Notes under the pieces: model-generated
Told to the model about the DNA's origin: nothing
The model's database searches: none
What the model saw: only the letters and a program-made list of their open reading frames with translations
Translations under genes and position numbers: made by a program
IMG/VR virus record: IMGVR_UViG_3300025030_001854
Span: 32,001 to 96,000 of that record
DNA length: 64,000 nt
Reading direction: 5' to 3' (one strand)
Source of the DNA: a virus
Shown: positions 35,391 to 44,894 of the stretch, one piece after another
Position numbering within the stretch: the first letter of the stretch is position 1
Layout of the letters: the number at the start of each line of letters is the position of its first letter

Positions 35391-35750
35391 TTAATTAATT
35401 AACTCATCGGGAGAATTATCTATAATCCCAGTATCTTTAATAACTCTTAAAGCTTTATCGTCTACGAAATGGGTAAATGATGGTTTTTTATCGGGAGTAA
35501 TATCTAATTCTGGAAGATTGTTTTCTTTTAACCATTGCCTAATTAAATAGTATTGATGTTCTACCCCTTCTTTTGTATGCCAATCGCCGAGACTTACTCT
35601 TGCAGTCCAAATAGTTACTTTATAACCACTTGCAAGCCAAAATCGTAACTTATTCATCATCTTCTCTATTGGACGACCAACTAAAGAAATATCACCAGAA
35701 TATTCGGCTAAAGTGTTATCTAAATCTAACGCAATATGTATTTTTTTCAT
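35391..35750 (-). CDS. HAD-superfamily phosphatase (PNKP phosphatase-like)
   Basis: DLDNTLA, IWTAR, K..FVDDKA. Confidence 0.78.
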   Translation of the reverse strand: MKKIHIALDLDNTLAEYSGDISLVGRPIEKMMNKLRFWLASGYKVTIWTARVSLGDWHTKEGVEHQYYLIRQWLKENNLPELDITPDKKPSFTHFVDDKALRVIKDTGIIDNSPDELIN

Positions 35751-35899
35751 ATTTTATTGTAATTTTAATTCTTTTCCGCATCTAGAGCATCTATCGTTCC
35801 ATTTTTTACCCATCCATATCTGGTTATCTTTTCCAATAAAATGATATTCAGATAATAAAATGTGTCCAACCAAAAAACAAATTAATTTATTTAACATAA

Positions 35900-36460
35900 T
35901 TATCCTAATGGGGTTAATTTTTTAGCTACGAACATAACTATTTTATAAATGAATTCCATAACAAAGACTATTCCCAACGCGGTTCCTCTTATACAAAAGG
36001 AATAAGGTCTATATAGATATTTATACCAAAAAGTTTTCGTCTGTTTAATATTTTTTATGACAGCCGAGTGCATATATTTAATAGAAGTTTGATATTCTTT
36101 ATTTGAATGTCTTTCTTCCTTTTCTACGGAGGCTTCACTAAATACACCCTTAATAATTAAAACATTAAATACAATAAAAAAATTATCTCCATTCTCGTCT
36201 TTATTAACTAAATATCCGCCAACATAAACATTTCCAGATAGCAAATCTTGGACCTCTGTCTTAATTAAACCAGTTCCAGTTTCATCTAAATAAAGCTTAT
36301 TATCTAGAAAAGAATATTTCGCTCCGGTTTCTGGAAGTCCGATAACTTGCCACTGAAAAAGTTTCCAATCAACATCATTAGCGAGCTTTCTTACTTCATC
36401 TGAAAACGGTAAGTATTTTAGTGCTTCTGGCCAATTTAAAAAGCTAAACGAGTTGTCCAT
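35900..36460 (-). CDS. hypothetical protein
   Basis: 186-aa ORF overlapping the sigma factor stop. Confidence 0.55.
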   Translation of the reverse strand: MDNSFSFLNWPEALKYLPFSDEVRKLANDVDWKLFQWQVIGLPETGAKYSFLDNKLYLDETGTGLIKTEVQDLLSGNVYVGGYLVNKDENGDNFFIVFNVLIIKGVFSEASVEKEERHSNKEYQTSIKYMHSAVIKNIKQTKTFWYKYLYRPYSFCIRGTALGIVFVMEFIYKIVMFVAKKLTPLG

Positions 36461-37055
36461 AATTTTCTAATATTAATTTCTTTGCATTATTTCTAGCAAA
36501 ATGTAATCGACTCATAACTGTTCCAATGGGAATTTTAAGTTTTTCGCTTATTTCTCGATAAGATAATTCTTCTTCTAGGGCTAGTCTAATAATAGTAGAG
36601 TGTTCCGGTTTCAGTTTATTCAAAACAATATCTATAATTCCTCGGAGTTCTCTAAGGTCTTCTTTCTTAGAAAGAATCTTTTCTGCCGTTTCTTCTAAAA
36701 TAGCATCTGCCCCCAAAGAAATATATTCATAATCATTATTATGGTCTTCCTGTGAAAAATGAAGCGTTGAAACTTCATGATGTTGGATTTTATTTCGAGA
36801 TTTTATAAAGTTTAGGGCTTCATTTCTTATAATTACAAATAACCAAGTATTAAAAGAAGAGTCCTGACGAAAATTTTTAATTTTTCTCCAAACTTTCTCG
36901 GAGGCTATTTGGATAATATCATCAGCATCGGTAGATGGAATATTGTATTGGGAAAATAAACGTTGTTTAAAAAATGGAAGATGTATTGATAATAGTTTGG
37001 TAAACGATTCTTCACATCCATTTTGAGCTTTATTAATAAGTTCTTTTTCGTCCAT
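36444..37055 (-). CDS. ECF-type RNA polymerase sigma factor
   Basis: DADDIIQ, SSFNTWLFVIIRN, LSYREISEKLKIPIGTVMSRLHFAR. Confidence 0.9.
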   Translation of the reverse strand: MDEKELINKAQNGCEESFTKLLSIHLPFFKQRLFSQYNIPSTDADDIIQIASEKVWRKIKNFRQDSSFNTWLFVIIRNEALNFIKSRNKIQHHEVSTLHFSQEDHNNDYEYISLGADAILEETAEKILSKKEDLRELRGIIDIVLNKLKPEHSTIIRLALEEELSYREISEKLKIPIGTVMSRLHFARNNAKKLILENYGQLV

Positions 37056-37612
37056 TATCTATAGTCCTTTCTCAAGAGCCTCCATCTAGTGCTATCACAC
37101 ACGATTTCTCCATTATCAATTTTTTGTAACATAATAAGAATATCCTCTGGAGAATCATAAATATACTTGTGAGGAAAAGTTCCAAATAACCAAATGGGGC
37201 AGCACTTTTTTCCTCCTTCCACAGATAAGAAAATTGGTTTCTTCATGTAATTCGCCGTAAAAATTTCTTCGGCAGAGCCCCATGAAGCGACATCGGGGGT
37301 AATATGAGCAAAAATAAAATCAGACCTATCAACCAAATTAAGGTCAAATATTCGTGTTTCTTTCATTGCTATAGAAAGCGTATCGAAATCTCCAGTTTCT
37401 CTTAGGTGGGAATTTTTTTTAATGGTTTCCTCTCCCTCTTTAATATCTTTTAAGAAAGGTTTATCGTATGGATTAAAAACAATAATCCCCATTGCTTGTA
37501 ATGCTGGGGTAACTCGCTTTCTCCATTGGGCTCCCATTGCTGGATTAGCCTCCATATTTCCAACTAGATATGTTCTAGTTCTCCATAGGAGATTCGGATT
37601 TTGTTTTATCAT
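37055..37612 (-). CDS. nucleoside 2-deoxyribosyltransferase-like protein
   Basis: YLVGNME, FNPY, DLNLVDRSD, SWGSAEE. Confidence 0.72.
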   Translation of the reverse strand: MIKQNPNLLWRTRTYLVGNMEANPAMGAQWRKRVTPALQAMGIIVFNPYDKPFLKDIKEGEETIKKNSHLRETGDFDTLSIAMKETRIFDLNLVDRSDFIFAHITPDVASWGSAEEIFTANYMKKPIFLSVEGGKKCCPIWLFGTFPHKYIYDSPEDILIMLQKIDNGEIVCDSTRWRLLRKDYR

Positions 37613-38559
37613 TCATTAATGATACTAATGATTTGTAGAAACGTCAAGAGGTTTATCGTCCTGAATAAAAACATAATCTTTCCAAGCAGAATTATTTTGA
37701 TTTAAACAGGTAATAATTCGAGAAATAGTATCACAAGATTCTATTCCAAAAAAACTATCCTCAGTCAAATTTTCTCTCCAAATGAGCTTATTATAATAAT
37801 AAATAGATAATAAATCATTCTCTATTACAAGAAGAATCTTATCTATTTTAATTTCTGAACTGGAAATTTCTGCTTTTACAGCAATATTAAGAACTTTTGA
37901 AATATAATGAAGTTCTCTGACCAAACCTGTTGTTATCATACTAATAATTCTTTAAGAGCATTAAGAGATGTTAATATTTGACTTTCTCCAACAGTTTTTG
38001 TATCCTTGTGCAATTTGTGATATAATTGACACATTTCCCTATCTCTAGCCCTTTCCATAATAATAATCTGGTCTATTAGCTCTAAAGCTATTTTTAATTT
38101 AAGTTCAGGGGATAAATTTTCCATATTATTTAACAACAAATTTTGTGAGGGATTCTTTTTCGAGGCGTTTTTTATATTCTAAAGCATCTTTACGCCCTTG
38201 AGACGTTCGGGGGAATGCTCCGTATATGAAACGTTTTTTTTGAGATAATACTAGGTAACAAGTCTTTTTTTTCATGATGAATAAGTTCTCTATATTTTTT
38301 TAAATAAACGTCCATCTCTAAATCTTCCCTATGGAGTTTTTTTAATAAAACAGACAATTGACTACGCAAAAAATCCGCGTCATCGTCTCTATATTCTTCA
38401 TCGGCTTGTGTTATTTCTAATATTTTTTTATTAATTTCCTTTTCTAAGAAATTAACGCTTTTTATTATTATTAGTGCTTCTATTAGAAGTTTTTCTTTAA
38501 GAGAAACTATATCTTCCATAGATTATTAGACTAATAAACATAAAAAATATTTCAATTGA

Positions 38560-38942
38560 TGGACTCGGATGGAGTTGAACCATCGTCTTTAAAAAAATTC
38601 TCATTTGATGCTACAAGTTTATTTAATTATTAGTTCTTACTAAATACATAATTAACAAGAATCTTTAGTAATATTTAAATGATTTTTCCGTTCACATTTA
38701 AAACTGAACGTTTTTCCTCGCTGTTTCGACATATAAGATAGCGAGAATCTCTTAGATATCGGTATGACCATTAGTTAGGCCATAACAGTTTCGCGTTCAA
38801 GCGTGATAACACGCATAGAGGCGAGCTTTTTCACTAATTTGCTTTTGGCAGTTAATGTTTTGTCCGTTTATTTAAGTGGCCAACGAACGTCCACTACTTG
38901 CATCTAGTAACAATTTTATTAAATCGAAACCAGTACGAGCCC
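38560..38942 (-). ncRNA. ssrA: tmRNA; tag (A)AKSKLVKKLASMRVITLERETVMA* at 38775..38849
   Basis: GGGCUCG-UA-CUGGUUUCGA 5' end, G3.U70, T-arm GAUGG-UUCAACU-CCAUC, UUAACU-GCC resume context; CCA not encoded. Confidence 0.92.
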
Positions 38943-39147
38943 AAATCAAAGAACTATCCTATAATACACCCGCTTTAACTATCTGTCAATGATTTTAGAT
39001 GCGATGTATTTATCCCCCAATAATTCCCTGCTCTTTTTTGCGGCCTCATCAAAGCATTTATTAACAAGATAATGGGTAAAGGTCAGTTGACCATCCCAGG
39101 GGATTATCTTCATCATAAATGGGAATTCTAACTGTTTATACATATTA

Positions 39148-41751
39148 TTAATTACATTTACTATACCCACAATGAGAGCATGTTAGACATCCCTCTTTTC
39201 TTTCTAATTCATGTTCACAAGTAGGACAATTTTCCCCACTAACTTTAGTTCCATCTTTGATATATTTTTTAAGTGTTCTTGCTAAGACTTTACTAAAACA
39301 AACTATTGGACCTTTAGTTTTTTCTAATTGATGAACAACAAAAGAAATATCAGAACCATGTCTTAATCCAATACTAATCATTCTTGTAAGTCCATCGGCG
39401 ACATCATCACTATGGCCGTTAGTAAGTTCATACTCTTCTTCTTCGCTTATAAAAAGATATTTACCCCTTGTCTTTTTAACTATTTCTCCTGTTTTACATT
39501 CTTTAGGAATAAAGATGGATTTATCTTTTTCTTGATTAATTCCTGTAAATACTTCGTAAGGTTGTCGGTCTTCTCCAAAAAGACCAACTGCTACATAATA
39601 TTTTTTTCCATTTAAAACAAAATGATGTAATTCTCCAGGAAGTTTATTTGGACGTTTTGGAGCTGTTGTTATAGGGAGATTCACCTTTTTCTTTTCCGCC
39701 AATACATTCATCATTGTCCCAGCCCTATAAGTAGTAATACCCTTTAAGGTTTCACTAAGATAAGCGTTTAAATAAATATCCTTAAACTTTTCAAATGGAT
39801 AATCATTAGCTATATTAACTGTCTTTGAAATAGAACTATCTACCCATTTAGCAAAACCTTTCAAATCAGTTATATGTTCTTCTACAGTCAAAGAAGAAGC
39901 AGTTACGGCCCAATTAGCCTTCGGATTCCATAATTTTTTAGATATTAACCATCTGACTCCATAATCAATACATTCTACTTCTTTGGTTAATCCTCTATTT
40001 CTATCTATTTTATAAATAGTTCCCTTATGCTCCCCCTTTAAAATATTGTCTTCTCCCTCTTTAACCCATTTAAACATAGGGGTTTCTTTAAATTCTCCCT
40101 CCCAATATTTAGGACACAAAGGAAGAACATCGGTGGGACATTCGTCAACAATAACAGTTCGAATATATTCCGATAAAAACAAAGGCTCAATACCACCAGA
40201 TACAACATTAGCTAATACTCCTGTATTTCCTGTTGGTTGGCATGAAAATAGGGCTGAATTTCTAATTCCATGAACACCCATATCTTCTAAAACAGATAAA
40301 GGAATTCCAATATCTTTAAAAAACTTATGTCTAGAATGTTTAGATGGAGAACAACCATCAAACATACCTTTTTCATTAGCTAATTGAACAGAAGCCTTTA
40401 CAGCCATATTAGTAAAGGTTTTCATAATCTTATCTTTAAGAACTTCTGCTTCATTAGTCCCAAATCTAATATTCATCATATAAAGCATTGAACCCCAACC
40501 CATTACCCCTAAACCGATTCTCCTTCTTTTTTCAATAGACTCTTTATATTCTGGGAGGGGGGCTCCGGTTAATGAATTAACATTATCAAGAAAACGAACA
40601 GCCCACGGAACATACTTAGATAAAGCTTCAAAATCAAAAGATTGGTCGTCCTTTACAAACTGAGTTAAATTAATAGAAGCCAAATTACACACAGCACCAA
40701 AAGGAAGACATTGCTCCCCACACGGATTTGTGCTTGCTATATGAGCCTCTGGACCACCATAGTTCCAACAATGGGATTCATTAGCTCTATCTAAAAATAA
40801 AACTCCAGGGTCATTTCTTTCATAAGTGCTAGCCATTATTAAATTCCACAAATCCAAAATATTAATTGTTTTATAGACTTTAACGGGATATCCTTTGGAT
40901 TTCCATAGAGATATATTACCATCCCATTCTTCTTTATATTTAGGATGTTGAGTATCAGGGAAAACTAAGTCCCATTTATTTAATTCTTCTATTTTTGACT
41001 GTAACCCAACGGCAAGTGATGCTTCTTGAGATGTAAAATTTTGTTTGTCTATTTTTTTAAGTTCATTTTCAATAAATTTAATCTCAACAATTCTATCCAT
41101 AAACTCATTAGAACAATTAACAGATAAATTAAACTTATTTAAACGACCATCCTGCAATTTGGCAGTAATCCATTCCTCAATGTCAGGATGCCAACAATCC
41201 AAAATTCCCATCATGGCACCCTTTCTAATTTTAATTTTTCCTTCTTTATTTGCCTTTTTCTTGCCAGAACCAGCAGTTATTATATCAGAAGATGTATTAA
41301 ATAATTCTGCATATTTAACAGCGCCAGGAGTTTCAACTCCAATACCATAAATAAAAGAACCACGAGGACGAATAAAAGAAAAATTCATACCCCAACCACC
41401 TTCTGATTTAAGAGTCATCGCCTGAGATAATAATACTGAAAATATCCCTTCTAATGAATCTTGGTCATATTTCGGTTTTGGACCGACGAAACAATTCATC
41501 CAAGTAGTTCCCTTCCAATCAGTTCCAGCATTAGCTAAAATTCTTCCGCCAGGAACTATTTTAAAATTAGACAATAGTTCTAAAAACTTTTCTTCCCATT
41601 CCTCTTTTAAGTCATTTTTTTCAGCAGAAGCGACGGCTTTAGCAACTCTAGCTAAGGTATCGTTTATTGAATTATCAGAATGATGTTTGTAAGTGGTAAA
41701 CCAAACTTCGCGAGAAAAATCGTCAATGAATTGTGTCATAATTTTAGGCAT
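39148..41751 (-). CDS. nrdJ: adenosylcobalamin-dependent (class II) ribonucleotide reductase with C-terminal TSCPD/Zn ribbon
   Basis: PGGRILANAG, NCFV, TNPCGEQ, CNLASINL, RRIGLG, QPTG, SSISKTVN, KGITTYR, EGCLTCSHCGYSKC. Confidence 0.9.
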   Translation of the reverse strand: MPKIMTQFIDDFSREVWFTTYKHHSDNSINDTLARVAKAVASAEKNDLKEEWEEKFLELLSNFKIVPGGRILANAGTDWKGTTWMNCFVGPKPKYDQDSLEGIFSVLLSQAMTLKSEGGWGMNFSFIRPRGSFIYGIGVETPGAVKYAELFNTSSDIITAGSGKKKANKEGKIKIRKGAMMGILDCWHPDIEEWITAKLQDGRLNKFNLSVNCSNEFMDRIVEIKFIENELKKIDKQNFTSQEASLAVGLQSKIEELNKWDLVFPDTQHPKYKEEWDGNISLWKSKGYPVKVYKTINILDLWNLIMASTYERNDPGVLFLDRANESHCWNYGGPEAHIASTNPCGEQCLPFGAVCNLASINLTQFVKDDQSFDFEALSKYVPWAVRFLDNVNSLTGAPLPEYKESIEKRRRIGLGVMGWGSMLYMMNIRFGTNEAEVLKDKIMKTFTNMAVKASVQLANEKGMFDGCSPSKHSRHKFFKDIGIPLSVLEDMGVHGIRNSALFSCQPTGNTGVLANVVSGGIEPLFLSEYIRTVIVDECPTDVLPLCPKYWEGEFKETPMFKWVKEGEDNILKGEHKGTIYKIDRNRGLTKEVECIDYGVRWLISKKLWNPKANWAVTASSLTVEEHITDLKGFAKWVDSSISKTVNIANDYPFEKFKDIYLNAYLSETLKGITTYRAGTMMNVLAEKKKVNLPITTAPKRPNKLPGELHHFVLNGKKYYVAVGLFGEDRQPYEVFTGINQEKDKSIFIPKECKTGEIVKKTRGKYLFISEEEEYELTNGHSDDVADGLTRMISIGLRHGSDISFVVHQLEKTKGPIVCFSKVLARTLKKYIKDGTKVSGENCPTCEHELERKEGCLTCSHCGYSKCN

Positions 41752-41789
41752 GATATATTACAGTAAAAAATTGCTATTTGAAAAAATAA

Positions 41790-42242
41790 TTAAGGAAAAA
41801 GATATAAGTCGGCAAAAGATATTTGGGCGACATTAGCTATTTTTAATATTGTCGGGAGGATATCGCTATCTTTATTGTTTTGCCAAAATCCTCTCCAATA
41901 TTGTAGGGCAACAGTTTCTCTATGAGCCCTTTTACATGGACATCCAACCCCAACCATATCTCTTGTTTGTACAAGAGTATCTAATGCTGTCTTTTGGGCC
42001 TCTGTAAAGAGTTCTCTTTGTGGTAAATACCAATCTGAGAAATCCCATAGATTATAAAATATAAGCATTCCTTCTGTCACCTTTTTGGGTTCTGGGAAAA
42101 TTGGTTGTAAAAGAGAATTAAGTTCGTTTATAGATAATGGAACTGGTTCGTCATTAACTTTAATCTCTTCAATTATTTGAGCTGGTTGAGTTTTAATTGG
42201 AGAAAGTTGATTTTTTATCCGTTGTCCGACAAACTCATTCAT
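41790..42242 (-). CDS. hypothetical protein
   Basis: 150-aa ORF with GCPC. Confidence 0.55.
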   Translation of the reverse strand: MNEFVGQRIKNQLSPIKTQPAQIIEEIKVNDEPVPLSINELNSLLQPIFPEPKKVTEGMLIFYNLWDFSDWYLPQRELFTEAQKTALDTLVQTRDMVGVGCPCKRAHRETVALQYWRGFWQNNKDSDILPTILKIANVAQISFADLYLFP

Positions 42243-42582
42243 ATAGTTTTTTGATTATCCATCTAAAAAGGAAATACCCTAGTATTGATAATAATATATT
42301 TAAACCTAAAGTATAAAATGGTAAAAAAACTAATGATAAAATATTAATCCATACCCCAAAACAAATTGGACAATTTAACATTCGTGTTGGGAAACTGGGA
42401 AACTTATATTCTAAGAAGTCTGGATAACTTAATGGAGTCATACCCTTTTTACAATCTTCCTCATAAGGAGCATATTTTAAAAACTTTAGTCTAAATAACT
42501 TCGCCCACTCTATAAAAGCATTAGTATCAAACCAAATATATAAAACAACTATAATAAAAGATATCCCATAAATTAATTCCAT
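42235..42582 (-). CDS. membrane protein with CxxC (DUF1360-like)
   Basis: LNCPICFGVW plus TM helices. Confidence 0.55.
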   Translation of the reverse strand: MELIYGISFIIVVLYIWFDTNAFIEWAKLFRLKFLKYAPYEEDCKKGMTPLSYPDFLEYKFPSFPTRMLNCPICFGVWINILSLVFLPFYTLGLNILLSILGYFLFRWIIKKLYE

Positions 42583-42855
42583 ATTTTAATTTTCCCTTTC
42601 GCCATTATATTTCGATTCTTTAAAAAAAGAATAGGTGTTCGCCACCAAAATATAACACAGTAACAATATACACAAAGAAGCCATCCATAGTTAGACAACC
42701 AAAAGTTTTTCTTATTCTACCGAAATTTTCTTGAATATTTACAAATATTTGTGTATCTATTGTTGAAGAACAAAAACTAGCATAGTAAATACCTCACTAT
42801 ATATTTTAAAAAATATATTCTTTTAGCAGCTATGAACTATGTATGAACAAAAGGC

Positions 42856-43276
42856 GAAAATCCTTTTCAGCCCGCCGAGAAGACAACGGAAGGGTTTTCC
42901 CAAGTTGCCCTACCAAACTGGAGGGGAAAAGTAATAACTAGGCCGCAGTTGGCACCCGGCGGCGACAAAGCTGAAGCCAATCAGACGCAATAAGGGACAG
43001 GCACCATTCATTGATGGTAAAAAAAGAGGCTATCTTAATAAGATAGAAGTTGACAGGAATCCGCTAGACCTGAAAAGGTGAAATCGGAAGTATAAATGAG
43101 TTCTAGGCTCTCTCTCATCACCAATATTTATATTGGTAGCTTCTGGAAGCCGAAAGGCTATAAATCTCAATGCACTCTTCGCAAACTCCCGGCGAATTCA
43201 AAAAATATAACGGGACTTCAAGAATAGAGTCATTATTTTCCCTCTAGAGTTTTTTAATAAACTCTCTAGGGGGAAA
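42856..43276 (+). ncRNA. candidate ~420-nt structured RNA at the divergent strand switch
   Basis: GC-rich; UUCAGC-CCGCCG/CGGCGG-GCUGAA multibranch; ACCU-GAAA-AGGU; AGCC-GAAA-GGCU; UUUCCCUCUAGAG/CUCUAGGGGGAAA. Confidence 0.5.
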
Positions 43277-43392
43277 TTTCACCCGGTATATTTGCTTAAG
43301 AATTCATCATTAAGAGTCTACAAAAGAATTACGTTTAAAACTTTAATAAGACCATTCGTGAATATTTTACCCACTTCTACCGTCAAACTTTT

Positions 43393-43815
43393 ATGGAAAT
43401 TATGGAAAACGAAGTCATGGCTGATATTGTAAAACGTCCTATAATTAAAGATTCAGGACAACGGGAAGATTTCTCAACTGGTTCAAAAAGAGACACCCGA
43501 AACGGTAAAGGGAGATTCGATTTACTTCCTTTGTTCGCTGAGGAAGAATTGGCTAAACATTTTGAGGCTGGGGCCGTAAAGTATGGAGACAATAATTGGC
43601 TAAAGGGCCAACCTTTATCCAGGTATTTAGATTCAGCTCGTAGACATTTAAATAAAGCCGCTAGAGGCCAACGAGACGAACCTCATTTTACTGCTGCCGC
43701 TTGGAATATTATGTGTCTTATTGACACTATGAAAAGAATAGAACTTGGTCTTTTACCTGAAAGTTTAAATGACCTTTTACCAGTTTTACCAGAAGAAGTA
43801 GAAAAACTATTATGA
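43393..43815 (+). CDS. dATP/dGTP diphosphohydrolase domain protein (DUF5664-like)
   Basis: GKGRFDLLP, GAVKYGDNNWLKG, YLDSARRHL, HFTAAAWN. Confidence 0.85.
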   Translation: MEIMENEVMADIVKRPIIKDSGQREDFSTGSKRDTRNGKGRFDLLPLFAEEELAKHFEAGAVKYGDNNWLKGQPLSRYLDSARRHLNKAARGQRDEPHFTAAAWNIMCLIDTMKRIELGLLPESLNDLLPVLPEEVEKLL

Positions 43816-44435
43816 TTTCTCCTAATTTACTAATGATGGGTAAGTCTGATACTGAACTTATCCGATTAGTTAAAAATGACGCTGATAATGAAGCTATTTT
43901 AGAAGTATGCAGAAGATACGAGAATATTTTTTACAAAATCTGCCAAAGATATTCTTCGTCTCTTACCAAGGTCGGAATTGACGTTAACGATATTTTCGAT
44001 GAGAAGTATTATATTATTTTTTATTGTATCTGTTCATTCAAACCATCTAAAAAAACTAAACTCTCTACTTGGATAGGAAACTATGCCAGGTATCTTTGTC
44101 TTAATGCTATAAATTCTAAGAAATTTATTTTACCATCTTCCGATGAAGAAATTAAACAGAAAATCGAAGAGACTCAATGTAAGAACGTCTTTCTTAAAAA
44201 TGAAGACAAACAAGGAGAGTATTCTTTTATTTTAAATATTCTATCTCAACTCAAAGACCCTAGAATTTATAATGTATTTAATTTAAGATATTCTCATTTG
44301 CCAAACAAAATGATTTGGTCTAGAATAGCTTCATCGTTAGGTCTTTCTACTCAAACCGCTATCAACTTACATAATAAAGGATTGAGAATATTAAAAACTA
44401 AAATTAAAAGTAAAGATTTCTGTGATTTTATTTAA
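43812..44435 (+). CDS. phage sigma70-like factor
   Basis: Region 2 FKPSKKTKLSTWIGNYARY; region 4 WSRIASSLGLSTQTAINLH. Confidence 0.78.
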   Translation: MISPNLLMMGKSDTELIRLVKNDADNEAILEVCRRYENIFYKICQRYSSSLTKVGIDVNDIFDEKYYIIFYCICSFKPSKKTKLSTWIGNYARYLCLNAINSKKFILPSSDEEIKQKIEETQCKNVFLKNEDKQGEYSFILNILSQLKDPRIYNVFNLRYSHLPNKMIWSRIASSLGLSTQTAINLHNKGLRILKTKIKSKDFCDFI

Positions 44436-44508
44436 AAACATTTGAATAATCTATCAATACTTTACATCATATAATTAGCCCAACAACGGGCAAACTACAA
44501 ATAAAACT

Positions 44509-44841
44509 ATGAAACAAACTACAAATGATACAAATGGTAATAGCGGCGGAAATAGCGGCGGTAACGCTTGGAATAGGAAAGAGCTTGGTGTATTCTGGAG
44601 TAAAGAAACCAAGAACACTGGGGAAAAATATCTAACAGGAATAATTAATTTAAAAGCTCTCGGGTTTGATAAAGATGTTCCTGTTGTCGTCTTTACCAAT
44701 AAGAACAAGCAAAAGGATAGTCATCCAGATTTAAGAGTCTATTTATCAGAAAAGCCTACTCCCACAGCCGCAGCGCAGCCAGTAGCTACCCCCTCAGTAA
44801 TTCCACAGACGCCTAAACCCTCAAACAAAGAGTTAATTTAA
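44509..44841 (+). CDS. DUF736-like putative ssDNA-binding protein
   Basis: ELGVFW..KYLTG..VFTNKNK..HPDLRVY. Confidence 0.55.
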   Translation: MKQTTNDTNGNSGGNSGGNAWNRKELGVFWSKETKNTGEKYLTGIINLKALGFDKDVPVVVFTNKNKQKDSHPDLRVYLSEKPTPTAAAQPVATPSVIPQTPKPSNKELI

Positions 44842-44894
44842 TCCTTTGTTTTGCCAATATAATAGTTTAAATATTATTATGTTGGTTATATTTT

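Noticed and set aside
39148-41751. Intron or intein in nrdJ
   Set aside because: The ORF is continuous with motifs in the expected order and no intein boundary signature.
42856-43276. Group I/II intron, SRP RNA or second RNase P
   Set aside because: No group II domain V, group I core, SRP domain IV or GAGGAAAGUCC-type motif could be identified by eye.
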